From: a virus
Strand: one strand, 5' to 3'
IMG/VR virus record: IMGVR_UViG_3300042923_000524
Location: 73,948 to 137,947 of that record
DNA: 64,000 nt
In this document: piece after piece, positions 52,103-63,541 of the stretch
How the letters are laid out: every line of letters starts with the position of its first letter
How positions within the stretch are numbered: position 1 is the stretch's first letter
Made by a program: the position numbers and the translations under genes
The notes under the pieces: model-generated
Told to the model about the DNA's origin: nothing
What the model saw: only the letters and a program-made list of their open reading frames with translations
Databases searched by the model: none

Positions 52103-54137
52103 ATGAAAGAATGGTGTTTTGAGCATCCAATATTAACTTTCTTTATAATCTGTTTAATATTATTAGAGTTAGATTGTTATATTACATATTTAAACAATAG
52201 ACTAAAGTTAAAACTTTTTATTTTAGAGAATAAGAAAGAAGAAAATAAAAATAAGTACACTATATATAGTGGTGATGGTAAAATAAAACACAATATATAG
52301 TAACAAAATGACCATAAAATGAGTATTTGGATGTAAGTTGGAGAGGAATAGTAAATGATAAAGAATTGTAGTAACTGTGGAAATAAAGGTGCGTTGTGTT
52401 GCTCTTATTGTGGTGACTATGAAGGTTGGAAACCAATAAAAGAGGAAAATACCAAAGTAAGAAAAGATGGATTGACCGAACAAGAAGGAAAAGTAATGGA
52501 TTCACTAGTTGATGCGTGGAATGAATATGTTAAATTAGAAAAACAACACCCAACGGATATTGATGAGTTTTGTGATGGAATACATAGATGTCAACATGCT
52601 TTGACTATAAGAATTTTAAGAAGAGATTATTCTGAAGGTTATCCTATAAAATAATAAATATAAAAAGGAGTTTAGTAAATGAAAAAATTAGTTATAAATT
52701 CAGGCAAGGCTTATGTGATGGAAAATAAAGAGGATTATAATTTAACTGATAGTTATGAACATGCAAAAGATTTTAGATGGTGTTGGTTATGGTTTTCTAA
52801 GAAAACATTTTTAAAAGGTATTAATAAAAGATTTGGTAGTGGATGGGAATTTAAATGGATGTAGTCAGAATAAGGATTCTGAGGACATATAATAAGGAGG
52901 ATATATGAAAACTACAATAATGCAATGTAACTGTGATAATTGTAACGAAATAATGACTGAATTTGAATATGAGCAAGCTATTAAAATTACAATATCAGCA
53001 GATTTACCTAATCCACAAGGTAAATGTGGTCAGTTTGGTGGTATAACGATGAAATTATGTAAAAAGTGTTCTGAAGAATTAGGGATAATCAATTCGGAAG
53101 AATACCATAACTATACGTATTCTCATAGTAGATTTATTAGCAAAATTAAAGAATGTAAAACAAAGATTTTAAAATTGTGCTTTAAGAAATAAGGAGATTA
53201 CAATGAGTAAATATGTATATGAAGACCCTATTAAATTAGGATATATTCAATTTAAATTAACCAAGAAACAGCACAATAGTCTATTCAAATATAGACAAAT
53301 TAAATGGACAGATAAATACGAGTATTATTATAATGAACATGAAATAATAATACATAAATTCTATAATTGGAAAGCTGTTTTATTACAAACAATTTTCTTT
53401 CCAGTAGAAATATTGATGAATGGAATAGTAAATGCAAAAGAAATTTATAAAGAAATCTTGGAATTATATAATCAAAAGGAATCTGGAAGTTTTTCTGGTG
53501 ATGATGTGTCTAGTGGAACAGATAAATATAATGAGATTATGGATATTATAAAATAATAATAAATATGATAAGAAAGGAGAAAAATATGAAAGTTGCAAAT
53601 TTATGTGATTATTGCAAACATGAAGTGCCTGAATGTGAAAACTCAAAAGTAGTGTTTGGCGTAGATTGTAAGGATATTTTAGCCTATTATAATCAAGGTA
53701 TAGTTGATAAAAAATATCTTGATGCTACTGTTGCATGTGATGGATTTTCTGAAAAAGAATAGTTATACATATTAATAATAGCAAGTTTCAACAGAAGCAC
53801 GATTTGATTAGGAAAGGAGATATAAAAGTTGTTTAATTTAAAAGAAGAAGAAAAATACATATTTGATGCTATAGTAGGAGCAAGAACAATACAAGAGTTT
53901 CTATGGGGTGAATATAATAATCAATGGGATTTAGAAGAATGGAAACGTATGTTTAAAAAGAGAATTGTTAAAATAGATGACATTGATACTGATAATCCCC
54001 ATGCAAAGATTGAGTTAAAGAAGAGAGTATTACAAAATGCTTGTTTATGTATTGCTTTACTAAATAATATTGACAAAGAAAATATTAATGAGGAATGTAA
54101 TATACCATCTAATTTACCTGATTATAAGACTGAATAA
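52103..54137 (+). other. cluster of small hypothetical ORFs (52103, 52355, 52679, 52905, 53203, 53565, 53829)
   Basis: ORF track, RBSs, flanked by 23-bp elements. Confidence 0.6.
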
Positions 54138-54292
54138 TTACGACCAAAGAGAATTTCTGTTGAAACATTAATAATGATTAATATAAAATTATATATTGAC
54201 ACACATGCTATCTGTGGTATAATTAAAAGTAAGTAGAAACATTATATCACAGATATTCACATACATAATCAAATATATAGGAGGTTAAAGAC

Positions 54293-56296
54293 TTGGAACA
54301 AATTAAAAGGATTCAAACTCTAGTTAAAGAATTAAATCAGCACTCATATGAATATTATACTTTAAGCAAACCTAGTATTTCCGACAAAGAATATGATGCT
54401 AAATATAAAGAATTAGAAAAATTAGAATGGGAAAATAATTATTTATTACCCGACAGCCCAACACAAAGAATTGGTGATATAGTATTAGACAAATTTGAAA
54501 AACATGAGCATAAGTTTAAATGCTATTCAATGGATAAAGCACAGTCTTTTGAAGAACTTGAAGAATGGGATAAAAAGAATAGATTGTTTGTAAAACAAAA
54601 TAATTTACCAAATATACAATATGTTGTTGCAAAGAAATTTGATGGACTCACAATTAATAATACATATGATAATGAGGGTTTATTTGTTACCTCTGCAACT
54701 AGGGGAACAGGAGAAAAAGGCGAATTAATTACATCTCAGGTTAAAACTATAAAGTCAATTCCATTAAGAATTGATAATAATAGTTTAATAGAAATACATG
54801 GCGAAGCATTCATGACTAAAAAGGAATTTAATATGTATAATCAAATTGCAGAAATTACTTTAAAGAATTTAAGAAATGGTGCTGCTGGAGCTATAAAAAA
54901 TCTTGATGTAAAAGAAACTGCTAAAAGAAATTTATCAGCTTTCTTCTATGATGTAGGATATAGCGAAGGAATTAAATTTTCTACTTATATGGATATGATG
55001 GATTTTATTCAAAAGATGGGATTACCTGTAGACAGAGAATATTATTTATGTAATACCATTGAAGAAGCTAAAGAGAAGATTGATTTAATTGAAAGTCTAA
55101 GACCAGATTTAGAGTATGAAATAGATGGTGCGATAGTTAGTATTAACGATATTAAAACAAGAGAAATGATGGGATATACAGTTAAATTTCCACGTTGGGC
55201 AATAGCTTATAAATACGAAGCCGAAGAAACTACTACTAAATTATTAGATGTAGATTTTAATACAGGTAGAACAGGCAAAGTAACTCCAAGAGGAATGGTA
55301 GAGCCAGTTGAATTAATGAGTGCAACAGTTAGTTTTGCAACACTTAATAGTATGGATGACATAAGAAGAAAAGGTGTTAAAATAGGCTCAGAAGTTTTTA
55401 TAAGACGTTCTAATGATGTTATTCCTGAAATTTTAGGAGTGGTTGAAGATAGTTTAACTGACGATATGAAAGAAATACAAATGCCCACACATTGTAAATC
55501 ATGTGGAAGTGAGTTAATTCAAGAAGGTGTCCATTACTTCTGTAAAAATTCATTATACTGTAAACCACAGATAGTAAAGTCTATTGCACACTTTGGAAGT
55601 CTTGAAGCTATGAATATTGATGGTTTTAGCGAGAAGACCGCACAACTACTTTATGAAAATGATATAGTAAACAGTGTTTTAGATTTGTTTAACTTAGAAA
55701 GCAAGAGAGAGCAGATTATTAAATTGCCTAAGTTTGGAATTAAAAAATATGATAATCTAATTCAGTCAATTGAGAATTGTAAGAAAGTTAAGCCGAATCA
55801 ATTCTTATATGCATTAGGTATTGATGAAATAGGTAGAAAAGCAAGTAAAGATATTTGTAATTTCTTTAATAATGATATTCAAAAAGTTATTGATGCTAAA
55901 CCAATGGAGTTATATAAGATAGATGGTATTGGTGAAGCAACTGTAGATAGCTTTGTAAAGTATTTTAGTGATGGTGAAAAGTATAATATGGTTTTAAATT
56001 TAATTAGACTAATGGAATTTGAAATTAATAAACTAAAGTCAATCACAGCCACAGATTCACCCTTTACAGGTAAAAAACTTTACTGCACTGGCTCATTCCA
56101 ATCATACAAAAAAGATGAGTTAAAAGCCATTGTAGAAGGTTTGGGAGCAGAATTTACTTCAGGTTATGCTAAGTCATTAGATTACTTGGTTGTTGGTTCT
56201 TTAAAAGGTAGTAGTAAAGAAGATAAGGCTAAAAAAGATGGAGTTAAGATACTGACTGAGGATGAATTTTTAATAATGATAGGGAGGAAGGGTTAA
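54293..56296 (+). CDS. ligA: NAD-dependent DNA ligase
   Basis: KFDG, TRGTG, EIHGE, EIDG, GRTG, CKSC...C, C-terminal BRCT. Confidence 0.97.
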   Translation: MEQIKRIQTLVKELNQHSYEYYTLSKPSISDKEYDAKYKELEKLEWENNYLLPDSPTQRIGDIVLDKFEKHEHKFKCYSMDKAQSFEELEEWDKKNRLFVKQNNLPNIQYVVAKKFDGLTINNTYDNEGLFVTSATRGTGEKGELITSQVKTIKSIPLRIDNNSLIEIHGEAFMTKKEFNMYNQIAEITLKNLRNGAAGAIKNLDVKETAKRNLSAFFYDVGYSEGIKFSTYMDMMDFIQKMGLPVDREYYLCNTIEEAKEKIDLIESLRPDLEYEIDGAIVSINDIKTREMMGYTVKFPRWAIAYKYEAEETTTKLLDVDFNTGRTGKVTPRGMVEPVELMSATVSFATLNSMDDIRRKGVKIGSEVFIRRSNDVIPEILGVVEDSLTDDMKEIQMPTHCKSCGSELIQEGVHYFCKNSLYCKPQIVKSIAHFGSLEAMNIDGFSEKTAQLLYENDIVNSVLDLFNLESKREQIIKLPKFGIKKYDNLIQSIENCKKVKPNQFLYALGIDEIGRKASKDICNFFNNDIQKVIDAKPMELYKIDGIGEATVDSFVKYFSDGEKYNMVLNLIRLMEFEINKLKSITATDSPFTGKKLYCTGSFQSYKKDELKAIVEGLGAEFTSGYAKSLDYLVVGSLKGSSKEDKAKKDGVKILTEDEFLIMIGRKG

Positions 56297-56634
56297 TTCC
56301 CTTCTATCCTTTTAAATACATAATGAATATAAAAACGGAGGAACACATAAGTAAAGAAAAGTTTAAGATATTTATAAGAGGACTACAGGTTTGCTTTCTT
56401 ATAGTGATTGTGAATTTGTTTATGTTTTATATATCTAAAGACCATATAGCACCAGAGGTCTGTATTTGGTTTGCAGGATTTATAAGTTTTGGATTATTTT
56501 ATCAGTTACATAAGATAATATTAAAATTAATATAAATTGTAATACATTTGTAATATGAGAACACGAATAAATGGAAGATAAACAGCGAAAACGAGACTTT
56601 AAAATTACAAAAAGACCATGAAATTCATATTTTA

Positions 56635-57939
56635 TTGAAAGTTATAAAGGAGGTCGATAGTATCAATCCAGTATTTAAAGAATACATACAATTTTTAAAA
56701 GACAATGGAGTAGATTATCCACTTGTAGAAGGTTTCTATTGGTTAGAAAATCAGATTATTAAGGCATATGATAAACAAGGCAGTTTACAAAAGATTATAC
56801 GTCTAAATATAGATGATAAACTAAATATTACATATAAAGAATATAAAAATAACAAATATGATTTAGAATCTTGGCAAGAAACAGTTAAAAGAAAAACATC
56901 TGAAATAGACCAAAGAGAATCTGACAGCCTCAACCTTCTATCTCAATATAAAGAAACAGATAGATTAATTGTTGATACAAACTCAACAGGTAAAGATAGT
57001 ATGGTTAAAACTCATCTAGCTAAAAAAGCAGGATTAAAGTTTAATACATATTTCAATTGTACTACTATGGATGTAGCAGATAGCAACATAATGGCTAAAA
57101 ACAATAAATATAAGTTTACCTATCCTGATAAGAAATACAGAAGTTTCTATAAATGGAGAGAAAATGAAAATATTATACCTTCAAGACTTAATAGATGTTG
57201 TTGCAAGTATTTTAAAGAAGAACCAACCATAAACAGTTTTGATAAAAAAGATAAATTATTATTCTTATTTGGTATGAGAAATAGTGAAAGCACTAATAGG
57301 TCTGGATATACTGATATTTGGATAAATGAAAAGTGGGGTAAGAGGGATTGGATAGGTATATTACCTATTAGAGAATGGACAGATGAAGAAATTTGGTTAT
57401 ACATATTTAGTGAAGGTATTGAAATTAATGATAAATATAAAAAAGGTTACAATCGTGTAGGCTGTGGAATAGTTTGCCCTAATTATAATAAATCAACTTG
57501 GGTACTAGATAAGTATTGGTATCCTTCAATGCATGCAAGATGGCAGAATATTTTAAGAGAAGATTTCTTAACTAATTACAAGTGGATTGCAGTTCATTGC
57601 ACATTAGATGAATATTTACAAGGAGCATGGGCAGGTGGATTACTAAGACCAGAACCTAATGAAGAAGTAATTAAAGAGTTTGCGGAATATAAATGTATTA
57701 CTGAAGATGTGGCAGGTAAGTATTTTGATAAGTTTTGTGTGAATGGCTGTAAGAGTAGAAGAGGTAATTTGCTAAAGATTAAAGATAAAGATGTTTTAGC
57801 TATGAATCTTAAAATGATTAGTAGAAACACAGAACAATTCATGTGTAAGAAGTGCTTGATGACACATTTAGACATTAATCAAGAGCAATGGGATAAATAT
57901 ATAGAAGAATTTAAACAACAAGGTTGTAGTTTATTTTAG
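56635..57939 (+). CDS. phosphoadenosine phosphosulfate reductase-family (PP-loop) protein
   Basis: STGKDS, RCCCKYFKE, GMRNSES, RVGCGIVCP, C-terminal Cys cluster. Confidence 0.85.
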   Translation: MKVIKEVDSINPVFKEYIQFLKDNGVDYPLVEGFYWLENQIIKAYDKQGSLQKIIRLNIDDKLNITYKEYKNNKYDLESWQETVKRKTSEIDQRESDSLNLLSQYKETDRLIVDTNSTGKDSMVKTHLAKKAGLKFNTYFNCTTMDVADSNIMAKNNKYKFTYPDKKYRSFYKWRENENIIPSRLNRCCCKYFKEEPTINSFDKKDKLLFLFGMRNSESTNRSGYTDIWINEKWGKRDWIGILPIREWTDEEIWLYIFSEGIEINDKYKKGYNRVGCGIVCPNYNKSTWVLDKYWYPSMHARWQNILREDFLTNYKWIAVHCTLDEYLQGAWAGGLLRPEPNEEVIKEFAEYKCITEDVAGKYFDKFCVNGCKSRRGNLLKIKDKDVLAMNLKMISRNTEQFMCKKCLMTHLDINQEQWDKYIEEFKQQGCSLF

Positions 57940-57948
57940 GAGGATGAC

Positions 57949-58305
57949 ATGAAAGTTTATTACGCACATTGCATGGAAATCTATGACACCCCTCAAGAAG
58001 AAAGGGATTTAAATACTATAATATCTTTGTTTCCTAATGCAGAAATATATAATCCAAATAATATTGATGCTCAAAATGGTTATAAGTTAGATGGTATGGA
58101 ATATTTCTATGGAATAATTGATACTTGTGACTTGCTTATCTTTAGAGGATTACCGTTTGGTAAGATACCAGCAGGAGTATTTAATGAAATTGAACACGCA
58201 AAGATGATTAGAAAAATTCCTATCGTTGAATTACCAAGTTTTATAGATAGAAAAATGAGTATAGACGATACAAAATTATATTTAAATGAAGTTGGATTTA
58301 GATAA
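57949..58305 (+). CDS. nucleoside 2-deoxyribosyltransferase-like protein
   Basis: KVYYAH...IYNP...IDTCDLLIF...GVFNEIEHA. Confidence 0.65.
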   Translation: MKVYYAHCMEIYDTPQEERDLNTIISLFPNAEIYNPNNIDAQNGYKLDGMEYFYGIIDTCDLLIFRGLPFGKIPAGVFNEIEHAKMIRKIPIVELPSFIDRKMSIDDTKLYLNEVGFR

Positions 58306-58329
58306 GTTTAAATTAAAGGAGGTTTTATT

Positions 58330-59920
58330 ATAAACAAGATAAAAGAATGGTTAAAAATAAAATTAAGAAAGTTTCTTGGAATAGATACACTTGAAAATAA
58401 TTTTATACTCCATGAAAAGTCGAATGATTTAAAAAATATTAAAATACATGAACATATTAGCTCAACACATAGTGAATTAAGAAGAAATATTTCACATTTT
58501 CAAGAATCAGTTAATGTTTTACATAATACTGTGGAAAATGTAGTCTATATAGGAACGGATGTAGTTCAACATCCTAATAATTATAACCACAGTTGGGCAG
58601 TAATTTGTATTGAGGGCAATATGAACATAGTAAAGTTTGTAGACTTAGATAGAAAAAACGCTAGAGAAATTTTAGATTTTATAAAGCATTTTGAGGCTGG
58701 TAGACATTGTGTAGATTCACCATATAAGCAAATGTTTTATGATGGATTATTTAAATTTTAACCAAAGTTGCATTTGGAGGACAAATAAAAAGGAGGAGTT
58801 AATTTGGATTTTGAAGATGAACGTGCTTTAAAAAGACTCAAAGAAAACAAAGAACAACATGAATTTGATTTATTGAGAGCTAGGAAGGCGAATGAAGCAT
58901 TACAAATACTAGAAGAAATAAACAAATTATTAAAAAATAGAGGATATTACATAAAAGATGAATATTTTGGTGGAAATTATTTAATAAAAATCGACGGTGA
59001 TACTGAAGAAGAAATTGCTTTAATAAGATTCAATAAAAATATAAAATTGAATGATATTTCAGTATTGCCTATTTTATCAAGTGATTAAATGTCCATATAA
59101 CTTACATTTGGTCAAAACATAGAAAGGAATTGTGTCATGATTAACGATTTGGAACAAAGATATAGGCAATTTAAGATTGATTATAAAACAATGTGTGCTT
59201 ATGATGATATGAATTGTTATAACGAAATAGTTAAAGCAATAGAAAATATAAAAATGAGTTTAGAAAACAAATATAAACAAACCCACTGTGATGATGATAA
59301 TACAAATAAAGTTCTCAGTAAGGCAATAGATTATTTAGATAGTGTTATATGTTGTTTTGAAGATTTGAAGTTTTATGATGGTGATGGAAATAGATTTTAA
59401 TTATTAAGAAAGGAGATATAAATGAGTTACAGAAAAGATTTAGATAGAGCCACGGTAACTGCTGAAGAAAGCGATGTAGATAAGACAGATTTTGTTACAT
59501 ATAGTGATGCCAAAGATATACTAGATAACATAGAATCTAAAGTCGGTAAAATTAGGGATATGTTAGGGAATATTAAGGGATTAACTGAAATTGATGAGAT
59601 ATATGTTTTAGTAGATAAGTTACATAGTGATTTATATTAAGTTTAGTCCAAACATAAATTCTATTGGGAGTTAGGAGGATAAAATAGTGAAAAATACGAT
59701 AGATATAGGTCAAGAATTATACTATCAAGGTTTAGGTTATGGAATCAAAGACAAATGTTGGAAGATAGATATAATCAATGACATACGATATGTTCATACA
59801 AACACAGGGGTTATAAGAAAAGAAATTGATGTTATAAATAATACCTGTGATTTATTTTCAAGTAAAGAAGAAATAAACAAAAAATTGGCTAGAAGCTACA
59901 TGGCTAAATTAATTGAATAA
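58330..59920 (+). other. cluster of small hypothetical ORFs (58330/58531, 58804, 59137, 59422, 59687)
   Basis: ORF track; first ORF extends to an ATA start at 58330. Confidence 0.55.
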
Positions 59921-59982
59921 AACTTTAAATAAAATTATTAAATAAAGTATATAAAAATACAATAATATAGGAGGATTAATAT

Positions 59983-61491
59983 TTGATTAAATATAATTTA
60001 GTAAACTTTTGCGAGTTTGACAAATATGCTGCTCAAAGTTTTTGTGCAATACACAATGTAGATGAAAATAAAAATCTAGGTGATATTACAAAAGTAAATG
60101 AGAAGGAAATAGCTGACTTTAATATGATGGTGGGAGGAAGCCCTTGTCAAGATTTTAGTGTAGCCGGTAAACAAGAAGGTGCTAAGTGGACTTGTAAAGA
60201 TTGCGGTCACGAATATAATCCATTAGAAGCACATTATACAAAGAGAGATAAATGTCCTAAATGTGAGTTAACAAATATTGAAAAAACGAGGTCTTCTCTT
60301 TTGGCTGAATGGCTAAGAATACTCAGAGAAAAGAAACCCAACTTAGCAATATATGAGAATGTAAAAAATATTGTTGGTAAGCAATTTAAAGCTACTTTTG
60401 ATTTATTTGAAACTGAATTGAAAGAATATGGATACAATACTTATTGGAAAGTATTAAATGCCAAAGACTATGGAATTCCTCAAAATAGAGAACGTGTTTA
60501 TCTTATAATAATAAAAAAAGAATTAGACAATGGGTTATTTCAATTTCCTAAAGCGTTTAACAATGGATTAAGATTAATAGATTTCTTAGAGAGTGTTGTG
60601 GATGAGAGATATTACATAAGTCAAGACAAAACTGATAAATTAATAGAACAGTTAAAAGATAAAAATAGTTTAATGCTAGATATGTGTCAAGCAAAAAGAG
60701 AAGGTAAGCCAAGAGAATATACAGAAATTTCACCTACATTAAGCGCTAGAGATTATAAAGAACCCAGATTAATAAATAGTGGAGTAATTCAAGTGGGAAA
60801 TATAGTTAACACAGGTAATTGGGATAATCCACAAAGAGGTAGAATTTATTCATCAGATGGTTGTAGTCCTGCTTTAAATTGTTGTGGAGGTGGAGGATTA
60901 GAACCCAAAATATTACAGACTGTATGTGAACAAAGAACCGATGAAGGATTAAGATTTTTCAAAGGTGATATTATTGGAACACTGAGAACAATTGATTCTT
61001 GTGGTGATAAGAGAGTCATAGAAAGTCCAAGACCTGAACTTGTTGGTGGTATTGGTGAAATAAATTTTGGAAAGCAATATAGACAAGGTAATAGAGTTTA
61101 TTCGGCTGATAAAACAGCAATGTGTTTACTTTCTCAACCAGTAGGAAATGCAGGAGGTAATAGTTATCTTTATAATATTGATTATAGAATTAGAAAACTT
61201 ATACCTAAAGAATGTTTTAGATTGATGGGGTTTTCAGATTCAGATTTTGAAGCTGTAAAAAATATTGGGATATCTGATTCTCAATGTTACAAACAAGCAG
61301 GTAATTCTATAGTAGTGGATGTTCTTTATTACATATTACTTGAATTATATAAAACTATGCCATACTTACTGGAAGATATAAAGTTATCGTCATTCTTTAG
61401 TGGTATTGGTGCTTTTGAGAAAGCAATTTTTAGATTAATGGCTAAAATAAATAATAATCATGAAGAGTTAGAAATTGTAATCAATTTGTAA
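59983..61491 (+). CDS. circularly permuted C5 DNA methyltransferase with multiple TRD-like repeats
   Basis: starts at motif II (CEFDKYA); GGSPCQ, YENV, QNRERVY, YKQAGNS; motif I (SFFSGIGAFE) at the C-terminus. Confidence 0.88.
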   Translation: MIKYNLVNFCEFDKYAAQSFCAIHNVDENKNLGDITKVNEKEIADFNMMVGGSPCQDFSVAGKQEGAKWTCKDCGHEYNPLEAHYTKRDKCPKCELTNIEKTRSSLLAEWLRILREKKPNLAIYENVKNIVGKQFKATFDLFETELKEYGYNTYWKVLNAKDYGIPQNRERVYLIIIKKELDNGLFQFPKAFNNGLRLIDFLESVVDERYYISQDKTDKLIEQLKDKNSLMLDMCQAKREGKPREYTEISPTLSARDYKEPRLINSGVIQVGNIVNTGNWDNPQRGRIYSSDGCSPALNCCGGGGLEPKILQTVCEQRTDEGLRFFKGDIIGTLRTIDSCGDKRVIESPRPELVGGIGEINFGKQYRQGNRVYSADKTAMCLLSQPVGNAGGNSYLYNIDYRIRKLIPKECFRLMGFSDSDFEAVKNIGISDSQCYKQAGNSIVVDVLYYILLELYKTMPYLLEDIKLSSFFSGIGAFEKAIFRLMAKINNNHEELEIVINL

Positions 61492-62057
61492 TGTGAAATA
61501 CATAGAAAACGAGAGATAAACAGAGAATGAGAGAGTTTAAAATTCAAAAATCCCAATGAAATGGAGATTTTAAAGAAAGTGAGGAAATTAAAATGATAAT
61601 TTATAATAAAGAAAAGACGAGAGCATCCGTAATAAATGATGTTGCATATATGTTTGCAAGTCAGGATATATATGGACATGAGTTATGGATTAATAATCAA
61701 ATATTTGAAAGATATAATTCAAAGATGGAGTTAAGACAGGTAGTTGAACAAGTCATTAATGCTATGTTAAATAAGCAAGAAAGTTTTGAATTAAATTAAC
61801 CAATAACAAATATAAAACTAATCGCTTGACAACTAGAAAATCCGTGTTACAATTAAATAGTAAGGTAAATAATATAAAATTTTGAAAGGAGAATAATTAT
61901 GAAAAGTATAGTAATAAAAGTATCTATTGTAATAATAGCTTTGGTGATATCATTATATGCTGATAGTTTTTCAATTACATCGTTTGTAGTTGGAGCTTTA
62001 GCAGGTGTTGGTGTAAGTCTTGTAGATAATTATATAAAATAAATAGGAGATACATAA

Positions 62058-62360
62058 ATGAGTAAAGAATATATTATCAATGAATATGTAAGAGATTTTA
62101 GTGACCTGATTGATGTAATACAGAAGATAGAAAGAAAATATAATGAATTATATGAGCAGGTTAATGACCAAGAAAAGATTAATGAACTAAATGAAGAAAT
62201 AGATGAACTAGAAGATGAGATATCTGAATTAAAAGATACTAGGGATAAACAAAATCAAGAAATAGTAGATTTAAGAGATGAGTTGTCAAGACTTGAAAGA
62301 CTATACGATAAAGCACTTGGAGAAATAGAGACATTAAAAAGTGATATGTCAACAGAATAA
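62058..62360 (+). CDS. coiled-coil hypothetical protein
   Basis: heptad-rich acidic sequence; RBS. Confidence 0.7.
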   Translation: MSKEYIINEYVRDFSDLIDVIQKIERKYNELYEQVNDQEKINELNEEIDELEDEISELKDTRDKQNQEIVDLRDELSRLERLYDKALGEIETLKSDMSTE

Positions 62361-62444
62361 TGACCAAAGTAGACTTTTATCGAAAGATTTATAAATACTA
62401 ATATAAAATTAATAAGACTAAAAAAACATAAGGGGGAACAAACC

Positions 62445-62735
62445 ATAAATACAGTAGCAAACCATCTAAATACAATTAAAGACCTTGTAGAATACATATT
62501 AGAAAAGCATCCAGAGACAAGAGCCAATGATACAAAATTATATCTGAAGTGCTGTGAACATCTAGGAGCAGATACATTATATGATTTAGAGACAATGGAT
62601 TTATCAATTATAAGTGTACATAAAATGCGACAGAAGATACAAAACAAAGAGGGTAAGTTTAAAGCTAGTTTGGATGTTCAGGTGAGTAGGCATAAGAGGA
62701 ATAGTGAAGTTAGGGATTATATGATTAATAATTAA
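62445..62735 (+). CDS. hypothetical phage protein, ATA start (not in ORF track)
   Basis: 96-codon open frame behind AGGGGG; LEKHPETRANDTKLY. Confidence 0.6.
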   Translation: MNTVANHLNTIKDLVEYILEKHPETRANDTKLYLKCCEHLGADTLYDLETMDLSIISVHKMRQKIQNKEGKFKASLDVQVSRHKRNSEVRDYMINN

Positions 62736-62745
62736 GGAGAAAAAG

Positions 62746-62961
62746 ATGGAATTAGGAATAATTAAAGTTGATTGTTATAATGATAGTCAAATATTACTAA
62801 CAGGTACAACAAGAGAAAATTATAAGGAACTTGTTGAAATATGGATAAATTATAAAAGAGGTCATCTACACGATGAGATTCAAGAAATAGAAAACGAAAG
62901 TGGTTCAATAGCATTAGACTTTAGTGCAGTTATAATGATTGTATTTGAATTAGAGGTTTAG
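62746..62961 (+). CDS. hypothetical protein
   Basis: RBS. Confidence 0.6.
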   Translation: MELGIIKVDCYNDSQILLTGTTRENYKELVEIWINYKRGHLHDEIQEIENESGSIALDFSAVIMIVFELEV

Positions 62962-63005
62962 ACCGAATTGAAGTTTTGAGGACATTTGAATGAAAGGAGA
63001 TAAAT

Positions 63006-63374
63006 TTGAAAAACATTTATAAGTGCGAAATATGTGATGAATCTTTTGACGATAGAGATGAGTGCATGAACCACGAAGAGCTTTGTAATCCAACAACTAC
63101 ATACACATGTAATAAGTGTGGTAAAACAGAAACATGGGGAAATAAAGATGAAGAAGCATGGATTTATTTAGAAACGTGGCACAATATTCATCTTGGTAGG
63201 ATGGGTTATGGTAGTGGATTAGATGGTAGTGATGTGAATTTTGAACTCTGCGATAACTGTTTGTGTGAGTTTATAAGAACTTTTATACATAAAGAAAGTA
63301 TATATAATAGTGGTAGTAATTATTATTATGAAATAGAAGAGTATGAGGATATAGAAAATATGACCTCAGAATAA
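63006..63374 (+). CDS. Cys-rich zinc-finger-like protein
   Basis: CEIC, CNKC, CDNC. Confidence 0.65.
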   Translation: MKNIYKCEICDESFDDRDECMNHEELCNPTTTYTCNKCGKTETWGNKDEEAWIYLETWHNIHLGRMGYGSGLDGSDVNFELCDNCLCEFIRTFIHKESIYNSGSNYYYEIEEYEDIENMTSE

Positions 63375-63541
63375 AAATTTCAAAGACTTTTAAGTAAATT
63401 AAGAGGTGATAAATATAAAAAGAAAGAAAGGCTTAGTTAAAGCAATTAAGCGTGGTCGTTCTCCTACTTATAAATTTTAATAAATATTATTAATGATTAA
63501 TATAAAATAAATAATTAAAATATTAGGAGGATACATATATA

